Below are positions 28,341 to 38,333 of a stretch of 46,463 nucleotides of DNA, piece after piece. A program made the translations under genes and the position numbers. Below the pieces are notes generated by a model, which saw only the letters and a list, made by a program, of their open reading frames with translations, was not told the DNA's origin and did not search any database. Position 1 is the first letter of the stretch. Every line of letters starts with the position of its first letter. The stretch comes from an uncultured Bacillota bacterium (GTDB taxonomy: Bacteria; Bacillota_I; Bacilli_A; RF39; UBA660): contig CAMOSR010000003.1 in NCBI GenBank assembly GCA_946625165.1, positions 1-46,463 on the forward strand, given 5' to 3'.

Positions 28341-29054
28341 ATGAATTCAACTTTAAAAGTTTCAAGTATCGTAGTATGCGGAGTTTTAATTTCTATCATT
28401 TTACCCCATCTTATAACCTTAAATAGTGCTAGGGTTTTAGAAACAAAACATGTAGAAAGCACAATTGAAAGAGAAAAAACAAACACACAAGCGCAAAATG
28501 ATACTATTGCCCTTGCGCCTAAAAAAGACACAGCAGTCCCAATTGAACCAGTAAAAGAAGAAACAAAAGTAGAAGAAGTTGAAGAAATAGTCGAAGAAAC
28601 TAAAAAAGAAGAACAAAAACAAATAGAAGTTAAGGAAGAGGTTCAAAGTCAAACTTCAGAACCATCTCCAGAAGGCACTGAGGTTAAGCCTTATGGTGAA
28701 ATGACAGTAGAAGAATTAACTAACGCCATTGCAAATGGAACATATAAACTAGAATATTCCAGCATTTATAATACTGGTGCAAATAAACTTACAAAATCAA
28801 AAGGCGTTGTACGCTATGACAGCCATAGAGAAACATATTATTCAGAAAGAATTTTACCTGGGACATCTTTAAAAATTCCAGGACGCCACGTTGCCGATGA
28901 TGGAACGGTAAGAGACTCAGAAGGATACATTTGTGTAGCCGCCAGTACATCATATCTATCAAAAGGAACAGTTGTTAAGACCTCACTCGGTCCAGCAAAA
29001 GTTTATGATTCTGGATGTGCTTATGGCACTATAGACATATACACTAATTGGTAA
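28341..29054 (+). CDS. Exported protein with acidic linker and C-terminal 3D/DPBB-like domain
   Basis: N-terminal TM, Glu-rich stalk, ETYY...YICVAA...GTVV.T.LG...VYDSG...IDIY. Confidence 0.6.
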   Translation: MNSTLKVSSIVVCGVLISIILPHLITLNSARVLETKHVESTIEREKTNTQAQNDTIALAPKKDTAVPIEPVKEETKVEEVEEIVEETKKEEQKQIEVKEEVQSQTSEPSPEGTEVKPYGEMTVEELTNAIANGTYKLEYSSIYNTGANKLTKSKGVVRYDSHRETYYSERILPGTSLKIPGRHVADDGTVRDSEGYICVAASTSYLSKGTVVKTSLGPAKVYDSGCAYGTIDIYTNW

Positions 29055-29169
29055 AAACGCAAAAGCGTTTTTTTTATAAAAAAATTATTCTTGTTATTAC
29101 CCAAAAACTTTAAAAAAAAACATATATATGATAAAATGATTATATAAAACAAACCAAGGAGGCAGTATT

Positions 29170-30993
29170 ATGTGTGGCTTTGTAGGATACATAAATAAAG
29201 AAAAAAATAAAAAAGACAATATTAAAAAAATGGCAGATTTAATTGCTCACCGCGGCCCAGACTCTGAAGGATATTACTGCGATGAAAATATTGCTTTAGG
29301 TTTTAGAAGGCTTTCTATCATTGACTTAAAAGGTGGATCTCAACCAATTTATAACGAAGACAGTACTAAAGTCATTGTTTTTAATGGCGAAATTTATAAT
29401 TTTCAAGAATTAAAAAAAGACCTAATCGAAAAAGGACACAAGTTTTCTACTAACACAGATACCGAAGTAATATTACATGGATACGAAGAATATAAAGAAG
29501 AAGTACTAAATAAACTAAGAGGAATGTTTGCTTTTGTAATTTATGACAAAAAATCAAAAGAAATGTTTGCCGCTAGAGATTTTTACGGAATCAAACCATT
29601 TTATTATGCTAAAATGGGCAACACTTTCCTGTTTGGCTCAGAAATTAAAAGCTTTTTAATCCATCCACATTTTAAAAAAGATTTAAATACTAAAATGCTA
29701 GAGTATTATTTAACATTTCAGTATAGTGTAGGCGAGGAAACATTCTTTAAAAATGTATATAAATTAATGCCAGGGCATTACCTAAAGTATAAAGATGGAA
29801 AACTAACTATTAAAAGATATTATGAAGTTAAATTTGACGAGGATAAAGATAAGACATATGAAGAATGGAAAGATGGCATCAGAGAGAGACTAGAAGACTC
29901 AATTAGAGCTCATAAAATAAGCGATGTTGAAGTGGGCTCATTCTTATCAAGTGGTGTAGATTCATCTTATATAGCGGCTAGTAGTGATGTTGATAAGACA
30001 TTTACTGTTGGATTCAACAATAAAAAGTACAGTGAAATAAGCTACGCTGAAGAGTTATCTGAAAAAATTAAAACTAAAAACATAAATAAAGTTATAACCA
30101 AAGAAGAATATTTTAAAAATCTTCCAAATATTTTATACTATATGGACGAGCCATTAGCCGATCCTTCAGCAATCGCCTTATATTTCGTAACTAAAATAGC
30201 CAGTGAAAATGTTAAAGTTTCATTATCAGGAGAAGGAGCCGACGAAATATTTGGTGGATATAATATCTATCAAGAACCTTTAACAGCTAGCTGGTATTAC
30301 AAAATACCATACCCTATAAGATATGTATTTGGAAAAATAGCTAGTGTTTTGCCGCCAGTTAGAGGAATTAACTTCGTAATTAGAAGAGGCAAAAAACTAG
30401 AAGATAGATTTGTTGGAAATGCATTTATGTTTAATAACCATGAAATAAAAAGTATACTTATAAACAAGCCAAAAACCAAAGGATTTAAAGAACTTACAAA
30501 ACCATATTATGATAAAGTAGAAGATAAAGATGATATAACAAAAATGCAATATATTGACTTTAATTTTTGGCTAATAGGCGACATTTTATTAAAAGCTGAT
30601 AAAATGAGTATGGCAAATTCCCTAGAAGTAAGAGTACCTTTCCTAGATAGACCACTCATAGATTATGCCCTAGGGCTTCCAACAGAATTTAAAACCGACA
30701 AATATAAAACCAAAAAAATATTTAGAGATATTGCTGGTGAAGTATTAGATGATAAAGTATCAAACAAAAAGAAATTAGGCTTCCCAGTTCCAATTAGAGA
30801 ATGGATGAAAGATGATGACACCTATAGACAAATAAAAGCAATGTTTGAAAAAAACAATAAATTTTTTAAAACAAAAAAGATCGTTAAATTACTTGATGAC
30901 CATAAAAAAGGAAAAAGAGATAATAGTAGAAAAATATGGACAATCTACATTTTCCTACTTTGGCATGAAATATTCTTTGGTGGAAATAAATGA
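29170..30993 (+). CDS. asnB: Asparagine synthase (glutamine-hydrolysing) family; possibly a peptidoglycan amidotransferase
   Basis: MCGF, HRGPD, RRLSIID, FNGEIYN, LSSGVDSS, SGEGADEIFGGY and SLEVRVPFLD. Confidence 0.93.
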   Translation: MCGFVGYINKEKNKKDNIKKMADLIAHRGPDSEGYYCDENIALGFRRLSIIDLKGGSQPIYNEDSTKVIVFNGEIYNFQELKKDLIEKGHKFSTNTDTEVILHGYEEYKEEVLNKLRGMFAFVIYDKKSKEMFAARDFYGIKPFYYAKMGNTFLFGSEIKSFLIHPHFKKDLNTKMLEYYLTFQYSVGEETFFKNVYKLMPGHYLKYKDGKLTIKRYYEVKFDEDKDKTYEEWKDGIRERLEDSIRAHKISDVEVGSFLSSGVDSSYIAASSDVDKTFTVGFNNKKYSEISYAEELSEKIKTKNINKVITKEEYFKNLPNILYYMDEPLADPSAIALYFVTKIASENVKVSLSGEGADEIFGGYNIYQEPLTASWYYKIPYPIRYVFGKIASVLPPVRGINFVIRRGKKLEDRFVGNAFMFNNHEIKSILINKPKTKGFKELTKPYYDKVEDKDDITKMQYIDFNFWLIGDILLKADKMSMANSLEVRVPFLDRPLIDYALGLPTEFKTDKYKTKKIFRDIAGEVLDDKVSNKKKLGFPVPIREWMKDDDTYRQIKAMFEKNNKFFKTKKIVKLLDDHKKGKRDNSRKIWTIYIFLLWHEIFFGGNK

Positions 30994-31493
30994 TATATTT
31001 TTATGTATCATTAGTGACTTATGCATGTTTTTGTTTAATCAAATTTAGGGAATCTCTTTATTATCTGATGAAAGACAAATATGAAATCAAAAAATATGGT
31101 AAAAGAATATATGAAAATATAAATAACATATTTATCAACCCAGAGCTAATATCATTTGTTCTAATAATAATAGCCCTGGCTTGTAACGTTAAGACAATAG
31201 GAATATGTACTGTAATTACTTATACAATATTATTTCTATATAAACTGAAGACAAACAACCAAAAATATAAAATAAACAAAAAACTAACACTAAGAATAAT
31301 AGTTATATTATTAATTTATCTACTGATAAACATATGGTTTTGTATAGACTATAAGACAAACCACGACGCCGAAATTATTTTTGATAATACAGCCTTATAT
31401 TATATAGTTTTAATTATAATGGCCTACTTATCTTATGTTATAGTCTATCTTGTCAATTTTATAGTAAAACCAGCTGATAAATTACTAAAATAA
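30990..31493 (+). CDS. Integral membrane protein (4-5 TM)
   Basis: ATGA overlap with asnB; several hydrophobic helices. Confidence 0.75.
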   Translation: MIYFYVSLVTYACFCLIKFRESLYYLMKDKYEIKKYGKRIYENINNIFINPELISFVLIIIALACNVKTIGICTVITYTILFLYKLKTNNQKYKINKKLTLRIIVILLIYLLINIWFCIDYKTNHDAEIIFDNTALYYIVLIIMAYLSYVIVYLVNFIVKPADKLLK

Positions 31494-31504
31494 GGAGGAA
31501 TATA

Positions 31505-32845
31505 GTGTTAAGAGTTAATTCAAAAGAAGTAAACCCTGGGGACACATTTCTCGCCCTACGCGGAACAATTAAAGACGGTCATGAATATATCGACGAAGCC
31601 ATCGATAGAGGTGCTGCGTGTATAATAGCAGATCATGGGGAGTATAGTGTTAAGACTATTATCGTTAGTGACACAAGGGCCTATTTAGCAAGTTACCTAA
31701 AAGAGTTATATTTAGAAAAACTAGATAAAGTTAAATTAATAGGCATTGCTGGAACTAACGGAAAAACTATTACTGGTGATTTAATATATCAACTTCTAAA
31801 TAATTTAAATTCAAAAACAGCCTATATTGGGACCAATGGATTTTATATAAATGATGAAATAAAAAAAATTAGTTCCAGCACCCCAGACATTTACGAAATG
31901 TATGAACTTATAAACAAAGCCATTGACAGTGACTGTGAAAATATAATCATTGAGGTCTCCAGCAGGGCCATTAAACAAGGACACATTGAAGGCTTGCGCT
32001 TTGATGTGGCTGTATTTACTAATTTCATTATTGGCAATCTAACCGAAGAAGAAAAAACAGCATATATAAATACTAAAATAGAACTATTTAAAATGATAAA
32101 AAAAACCGGAACAGCAATAATAAATAAAAAAGATTCATATTATCAATATTTCGCATTACCACAAAATAACAATGTATTCTACGGAAGCAAAGACAGTGAT
32201 TATAAAATCGACAATATTAGTTTAACATATGATTTTACTGAGTTTGATATTAATGAAAAACATATAAAAATCCCTTTAATAGGATCACAAAATATATATA
32301 ATTATCTTGCCGCCTACGTTACTGCCAGAATCCTTCATTTTCCAGATGATGCTATAAAAAACGCCACTGACGTTTTAAAACAAATAGATGGCAGATATCA
32401 GGGTATAAAAAGTAAAGACAGCTTAATTATTATCGATTATGCTTACGACAAGGACATGATTGATAATGTCATTAACATCACAAAAGATTTTAGCAAAGGA
32501 AAAATAATAACTTTAATTGGCTGCGGTGGTGACAAAAGACAAGACCAAAGATCAAAAATTGGCAAATTAGTTACTAAAAAAAGTGACTATGTAATATTTA
32601 CAACAGATAATCCAAGACATGAAGACCCAGAAAAAATCATTAACGAGATGACTAAAGATGTTCAAAGCGATAACTACGAAGTGGTAATCAATAGAAGAGA
32701 AGCTATCAAAAAAGGGATAGATATGCTTGAAGACAAGGATATATTACTAGTATTAGGAAAAGGTCATGAAGCATTTCAAGTTATCGGAAGTGACAAAATT
32801 CCGTATAAAGACTATAATGAAGTAATAAAGAACATAAAAAGATAG
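31505..32845 (+). CDS. murE: MurE-family Mur ligase with atypical active-site motifs
   Basis: GTNGKT, TPD, EVSS, GCGGD, DNPR (mDAP-type) and GKGHE. DHLDxH is absent and DYAH is replaced by DYAY. Confidence 0.75.
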   Translation: MLRVNSKEVNPGDTFLALRGTIKDGHEYIDEAIDRGAACIIADHGEYSVKTIIVSDTRAYLASYLKELYLEKLDKVKLIGIAGTNGKTITGDLIYQLLNNLNSKTAYIGTNGFYINDEIKKISSSTPDIYEMYELINKAIDSDCENIIIEVSSRAIKQGHIEGLRFDVAVFTNFIIGNLTEEEKTAYINTKIELFKMIKKTGTAIINKKDSYYQYFALPQNNNVFYGSKDSDYKIDNISLTYDFTEFDINEKHIKIPLIGSQNIYNYLAAYVTARILHFPDDAIKNATDVLKQIDGRYQGIKSKDSLIIIDYAYDKDMIDNVINITKDFSKGKIITLIGCGGDKRQDQRSKIGKLVTKKSDYVIFTTDNPRHEDPEKIINEMTKDVQSDNYEVVINRREAIKKGIDMLEDKDILLVLGKGHEAFQVIGSDKIPYKDYNEVIKNIKR

Positions 32846-32890
32846 CTAAATTTAAATAAATGTGCTATCATAATAATAAGGAGGGATAAG

Positions 32891-33619
32891 ATGAAGTGTG
32901 CTAATTGTGGAGCAGAAATTAAAGAAGGGGAAAAGTTTTGCACGAAGTGTGGAACTGCAGTAAGCGAGAAAGCAGAAGTATTACAAAATAATAATTTAAA
33001 TGAGCCAGCCAACCAAAGAAGAAAATCACACGCTGGACTTATTGCCGGAATATTTGCTTTAGTACTTATAGCTATTTTTTCAATTATCGTAGTATTGGGA
33101 GTAAAAACAGATGAAGAACAACCAACTAATAATGAAGAAAGCAGTGCAGAAAGTATAAATAACAACGAAGCAGATAAAACAAAACAGCCAACGACTACAA
33201 TTTTTAATGGATATACATTTACTATTCCAGCAGATTGTAAAGCATCAGCAAGTGGCAATCAATTATTTGTTTATGGACCTGGAAGTAAATGGGTTGGCGT
33301 TGTAATGATGCAAGAAGGTAGCTATGATACCTTAGTTACTATGAAAGACCAAATAAAAGCTGCCCTTTCAGCTCAAGAAGGTGCCGAAAATTATGATATG
33401 TCTAATGCCATAACTGAAGAAAAAACGTATGGTGGAAAACCATTCTTGATTACAAAAAATATTAAATCAGGAACTTATAACTTAGATATTTCATATGGTA
33501 AAGCTGATGACAACAATATATATGTTGTGTCAATCACTAAGAGTAACGGTACAGAACTTACAGAATCCGAAAGAATAGAAATGTATTCTGTAGTTGCATC
33601 AGGGCAAAAAAACGCTTAA
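32891..33619 (+). CDS. Zinc-ribbon single-pass membrane protein
   Basis: MKCANCGA...FCTKCG, a TM helix and an extracellular beta-rich domain; terminator at 33644-33679. Confidence 0.8.
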   Translation: MKCANCGAEIKEGEKFCTKCGTAVSEKAEVLQNNNLNEPANQRRKSHAGLIAGIFALVLIAIFSIIVVLGVKTDEEQPTNNEESSAESINNNEADKTKQPTTTIFNGYTFTIPADCKASASGNQLFVYGPGSKWVGVVMMQEGSYDTLVTMKDQIKAALSAQEGAENYDMSNAITEEKTYGGKPFLITKNIKSGTYNLDISYGKADDNNIYVVSITKSNGTELTESERIEMYSVVASGQKNA

Positions 33620-33738
33620 TAAAAAAACAAAAAGTAACATTTTAAAAAGATAATCGAAAATAAAGATTATCTTTTTTTTGACAATAAAAAGGAAATAATA
33701 AAAACTTCCAGTATATTTTATATAGGAGGTGTTTTTCA

Positions 33739-35208
33739 ATTGTTATAAAGGTAGGTAATAAAAAGTTAGATAGATATCAAAAAAAAGTAATTAATTCTAA
33801 AGCAAAAAATCTTTTAGTAGTAGCCGGTGCAGGAAGTGGAAAAACATTTACCATAATTGCTAAAATCAAAAAAATAATAAAAGAAGAAATACTCCCAGAA
33901 GAAATATTATGTATTTCATTCACCAAAGAAGCCGCAAAAAACTTAGAAGAAAAATTAAAAAAAGAAAAAATATATATCAAAGTTAAAACATTTCATAGTT
34001 TAGGATATGAAATTATAAAAAAATACAAAGATATTGACATAGTAAATGAAAAAACACTAGAAACAGTAATAAAGAAAAACATAGAAAGTGAAAAAAACTT
34101 AAGAAATATAACCAATATAAAATTTATAAGATTAGGACATCCTGACCCCATATTTAAAAAAATAGAAAACAATATAATATTAAATTCCAAAGAAAAAGAA
34201 AAATTAGAAAAAATACTAAATACCTTCATAAATCTATACAAAAGTAATAATTATAAAATAAAAGACTTTAAAACTTTTAATAAAATAAATAACAAAGAAC
34301 ATATATATAGAGAGAAACAAAGACATAAGAATTTTTTAAGATTAATAAAAAAAATTATAATGGACTATGAAAAGACATTAAAAAGCAAAAAACAAATAGA
34401 CTTTCATGATATGATCAACGAAAGTACAAAAATAGTAAAGAAAACGGGAATATACCAGTACAAATATATAATTATAGATGAATATCAAGATACATCATTA
34501 AATAAAGTAGAACTAATTAAGGAAATTCAAAATAAAACAAACGCTAAACTTATGGCGGTTGGTGATGACTGGCAATCTATATATGGCTTTACAGGAAGTA
34601 ATTTAGATATATTTATAGATTTTTTAAAAATTTTTCCCAACTCTAAAATAATAAAATTAAAACAAACCTATAGGAATCCTAAAGAACTATTAAAAATAAC
34701 TAGAAAATTTATATGCAAAAATCCATCCCAGATATATAAAAGACTAAAAACAAAAAAGACAAACAAATACCCAATCCATATATATTATTATGATAAAAGT
34801 ATAAAAGAAGTATGGGACAAGATTGCCATAGAAACTAGTAACAAAGACACATTAATATTAAGCAGAAATAATAAAGATATAAATCAAATACCATACCTAG
34901 TTAAAAACATGCATTTTTTAACAATACATAAATCCAAAGGACTAGAATCTGAAAACACGGTAATTATTAATTTAGAAAATAATTATAATAGTTTACCAAG
35001 CAAAATAAAGGACAGCGAATATTTAAAATACGTTAAACCAAAAACAGATAATTTTAAATATGCCGAAGAGAGAAGACTATTTTATGTAGCTTTAACAAGG
35101 TGTAAAAATATAAATTACTTATTAGTAAAAAAAGATAATCCATCTATATTTATAGAAGAATTAATAAAGAATTATTCAAAATATATAAAAATACATAAAA
35201 AATATTGA
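33739..35208 (+). CDS. UvrD/helicase IV-like SF1 helicase (489 aa, probable ATT start)
   Basis: The frame of the listed 34360 ORF stays open upstream and contains VAGAGSGKT, ISFTKEAA and TFHSLG. Downstream motifs are DEYQD, VGDDWQSIYGF, TIHKSKGLE and EERRLFYVALTR. Confidence 0.85.
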   Translation: MVIKVGNKKLDRYQKKVINSKAKNLLVVAGAGSGKTFTIIAKIKKIIKEEILPEEILCISFTKEAAKNLEEKLKKEKIYIKVKTFHSLGYEIIKKYKDIDIVNEKTLETVIKKNIESEKNLRNITNIKFIRLGHPDPIFKKIENNIILNSKEKEKLEKILNTFINLYKSNNYKIKDFKTFNKINNKEHIYREKQRHKNFLRLIKKIIMDYEKTLKSKKQIDFHDMINESTKIVKKTGIYQYKYIIIDEYQDTSLNKVELIKEIQNKTNAKLMAVGDDWQSIYGFTGSNLDIFIDFLKIFPNSKIIKLKQTYRNPKELLKITRKFICKNPSQIYKRLKTKKTNKYPIHIYYYDKSIKEVWDKIAIETSNKDTLILSRNNKDINQIPYLVKNMHFLTIHKSKGLESENTVIINLENNYNSLPSKIKDSEYLKYVKPKTDNFKYAEERRLFYVALTRCKNINYLLVKKDNPSIFIEELIKNYSKYIKIHKKY

Positions 35209-35265
35209 CAAAAAAATTATAAAAGCATATACTATACTAGTATACCAAATTGGTATACTAGTATA
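35205..35265 (+). promoter_or_regulatory. sigmaA promoter and TetR operator
   Basis: TTGACA-N17-TATACT followed by the perfect inverted repeat TATACTAGTATACCAA-a-TTGGTATACTAGTATA (35233-35265). Confidence 0.8.
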
Positions 35266-35283
35266 TCTAAAAGGGTGGTATGT

Positions 35284-35841
35284 ATGTCAAAAAAAGAAAA
35301 AGTAATTGAAAGTGCAAGAGCCTTATTCTGCAAGTATGGATATAAGAAAGTAAGTATGGATGAAATCGCAAAAAAATCTGGAGTTACTAAAAAGACAATA
35401 TACAGTTATTTCAAGGATAAAAATGAGTTAGTAAAATTTTTTGCCTATGAAGAAATAGAAAAGATGAAATCTATAGTAGAAAAAACAGAAAAAAGAAAAC
35501 TACCGGCTATAGAAAAAACACATAACATAATTTATAATTTGCTTGAATATAGAAAAGAAGAAGAACTTTTAAATAAGTTTACCGAAGAAGCAAATTATCT
35601 TCCACAAGGTATAGCCGATGAATGCTTAGAAATGTTAAACAAAAATATTATGAGTGAAATTAAAAAATTGCTTGAAAAAGGAATTGAAAATGGTGAAGTT
35701 AAATCATGTGATACTGAACTAGCCTCATTTTTAATTTATAAATTGTATGTTGCCTTAATGTTCGAGTGGGATAAACCACTTGATAAAAAAGAAGTTACAG
35801 AAAATATTATGAGTTTCTTAAAATCAGGAGTATTTAATTAG
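35284..35841 (+). CDS. TetR/AcrR family regulator
   Basis: GYKKVSMDEIAKKSGVTKKTIYSYFKDKNEL HTH. Confidence 0.93.
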   Translation: MSKKEKVIESARALFCKYGYKKVSMDEIAKKSGVTKKTIYSYFKDKNELVKFFAYEEIEKMKSIVEKTEKRKLPAIEKTHNIIYNLLEYRKEEELLNKFTEEANYLPQGIADECLEMLNKNIMSEIKKLLEKGIENGEVKSCDTELASFLIYKLYVALMFEWDKPLDKKEVTENIMSFLKSGVFN

Positions 35842-35854
35842 GGAGGTTTGAAAA

Positions 35855-37780
35855 ATGAAAAAAAACAGTACGTTTAAATATATAGTAATTGCTGTTGTTC
35901 TTTTTATCCCATTTATATATAGCTTTTTTTATTTAAAAGCATATTGGAACCCATATGGTAAAGGTAATATAGATAATTTGCCAGTTGCCATAGTAAACAC
36001 TGATAAAGGAGATAAAGGACAAAAACTGATTAGTAGTATTAAGAAAAAGAAGAAATTAAAACTTGATGTAGTATCAAGTGCAGAAGCTGAGGACGGCTTA
36101 TATAATGGTAGTTATTACGCCATTATAAATATTCCAGAGACATTTACATCTGACATGGAAAGCGCATCAACTGCTACAAAACGCCATGCAACCATAACAT
36201 ACTCACCAAATGAAAAATCAAATTATCTAGCTAGTCAAATAATAAATAATGTTGTTTTAAACGTTGAAAAAAGCTTAGATAATGAAGTGAATTCCGCCAT
36301 AGTTTCAAGCCTATCAGAAAATATAGAAGACGTGCCTGATAAACTAGATAAAATAAGCAGTGGTTTTTCTACTTTAAAAGATGGAACTTCAAAATTATCG
36401 AGTGGAAGTTCATCACTAGTAAACGGAACTAATACTATAAATACAAATTATAAAAAGTTTAACCAAGGCGTTGAAAGCATGAAAAACGGTTCAAATACAT
36501 TATCTGAATCTATTCAAAGGTTAGATGACGGAGTCGATAAATTAGAAAATGCAAGCAGCGGACTAGATTCCCTTGTAGAAGGAGTAAATAGTTTAAAATC
36601 AGGAAGTGACAATTTTACTGAATCTCTAAAAGAATATACATCAGGAGTTGACGACATTTTAAATAATTCAAAACCTATTATTGATAATATGAAAGCCCAA
36701 GCCTGCACAGCAGCAGAATCAGGATTAAATGAATACCAAGAGCAGTGCGTTAAGCTTAAAACATTAAGTGCAGCATATGACCAATTATTAGAGTCATCAA
36801 CTAAAATAAAAGAAGGCAATGCCCAAATTAATGGTGGAATTACTAGTTTATATAATAATACATCAAAAATAGCAGAATTAAAATCAGGAATTTCAGCTCT
36901 CAAGGATGGCTCAAATAAATTAAAAATAGGAGCAAACACATTAGCTGGTGGAGCTGCCTCATTATATAACAGCTCAGTACAAATTAATAATGCCCTAAGC
37001 ACATTAAATACAGGCGCAAATACTTTAAATAATGGTTTGATTACTTTAGATAACAGTGTAGGAAACGCTAAAACAGAACTAGATTCTAATATCCAAACAA
37101 CCAAAGAAAGCATTAAAAAAGTAGAAACATTGCGAGATTATAGTAAAGAACCAGTAAAAATAAAAACAAGAGAAGTCAATAAAGTAAATAGTTACGGAAC
37201 GTCTTTCTCACCTCTATTTATTTCAATTGGCCTATGGGTAGGAAGCCTAATGATGTTAATGGTATTCTATTATGACAAAGAAGAAAGATTTGGCATCTTA
37301 GGAATTAATTCTGATCAAAAAATAAAGCAAATACTCGCTTATCATGCACTTATTTCCGCATCAGCCATAGTATTGGGAATTTTACTTCAAACATTCTTAG
37401 ATTTAAATATTACAAATATACCATTATACTATATTAGCTTAATACTAATTGGAAATACTTTTATGGCAATAATTGAATTTTTAATAATGAGTTTTAATGA
37501 TGTGGGTAAATTCATTGCCCTAATACTATTAATATTACAATTAGCCGCATCAGGTGGAACTTTCCCAATAGAAACTGTCGCAAAAGGCTTTAGATGGATG
37601 CATAAATTACTTCCAATGACTTATACAGTTAAATTACTAAGAGAGTCTCTAATAAAAATAGAAAATAATTTGCTTACTAAAAACTTAATAGTTGTAATAA
37701 TAATGTTTACCCTACTATTTATTTTAAACCTAGTAATAGCTAAAATAAAAGAAAGTAAATTAGAAAAAGTAAAAGCATAA
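35855..37780 (+). CDS. YhgE/Pip family membrane protein
   Basis: AYWNPYG...LPVAIVNTD, L..G...L..G heptad repeats, C-terminal TMs and QLAASGGTFPIE. Confidence 0.92.
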   Translation: MKKNSTFKYIVIAVVLFIPFIYSFFYLKAYWNPYGKGNIDNLPVAIVNTDKGDKGQKLISSIKKKKKLKLDVVSSAEAEDGLYNGSYYAIINIPETFTSDMESASTATKRHATITYSPNEKSNYLASQIINNVVLNVEKSLDNEVNSAIVSSLSENIEDVPDKLDKISSGFSTLKDGTSKLSSGSSSLVNGTNTINTNYKKFNQGVESMKNGSNTLSESIQRLDDGVDKLENASSGLDSLVEGVNSLKSGSDNFTESLKEYTSGVDDILNNSKPIIDNMKAQACTAAESGLNEYQEQCVKLKTLSAAYDQLLESSTKIKEGNAQINGGITSLYNNTSKIAELKSGISALKDGSNKLKIGANTLAGGAASLYNSSVQINNALSTLNTGANTLNNGLITLDNSVGNAKTELDSNIQTTKESIKKVETLRDYSKEPVKIKTREVNKVNSYGTSFSPLFISIGLWVGSLMMLMVFYYDKEERFGILGINSDQKIKQILAYHALISASAIVLGILLQTFLDLNITNIPLYYISLILIGNTFMAIIEFLIMSFNDVGKFIALILLILQLAASGGTFPIETVAKGFRWMHKLLPMTYTVKLLRESLIKIENNLLTKNLIVVIIMFTLLFILNLVIAKIKESKLEKVKA

Positions 37781-37917
37781 AACTTTTACTTTTTTGTAGA
37801 CCATTTAGACAAAATATGTCATAAAACAGTTAATATGTGATATAATAACTATACTGCTAACTGAAGATAAAAAGATTATTCAATTATATTAAAAAACAAA
37901 TATAAAAAGGTGATACT

Positions 37918-38247
37918 ATGGAAAAGAAAAGGGAAGCTGTAAAACTAATTCAAGACAAAATAAATGGTAAGACATTTTTATCATATAAAGAAATTGCTGA
38001 TATAACTGGTTATCATCCAAAATATATTTTAAAACTAAAAAAAGATGTCTTAAATGGCAACATACATTTTATTCACGGTAACAAAAATCGTATTCCAGTA
38101 AATAGTATGAGCGAAGAAGAAAAACAAAAAATAATAAATCTCTATAAAAAAAGTAACGTCAGCATAAGAAAATTCTGTAACTTCTATCATACTAGGAGCT
38201 ATTCATGTATATATAACTTATTAAAAGAAAATGGACTTTTAAAATAA
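37918..38247 (+). CDS. Small tandem-HTH protein resembling a transposase DNA-binding N-terminus
   Basis: SYKEIADITGYHPKYILKLKK, IHGNKNRIPVN and SYSCIYNLLKENG; terminator at 38250-38272. Confidence 0.65.
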   Translation: MEKKREAVKLIQDKINGKTFLSYKEIADITGYHPKYILKLKKDVLNGNIHFIHGNKNRIPVNSMSEEEKQKIINLYKKSNVSIRKFCNFYHTRSYSCIYNLLKENGLLK

Positions 38248-38333
38248 ACCTACCTATAAAGGTAGCTTTTTTGTCGATTAATACTTCTTCTAAAAAAAGA
38301 TATCTCTTAATAATTTAATTATAGGAGGTATCT

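Noticed and set aside
36360-37113. Repetitive region and a 199-aa antisense ORF inside yhgE/pip
   Set aside because: Normal heptad repeats of the Pip family; the antisense ORF is a codon-bias shadow.
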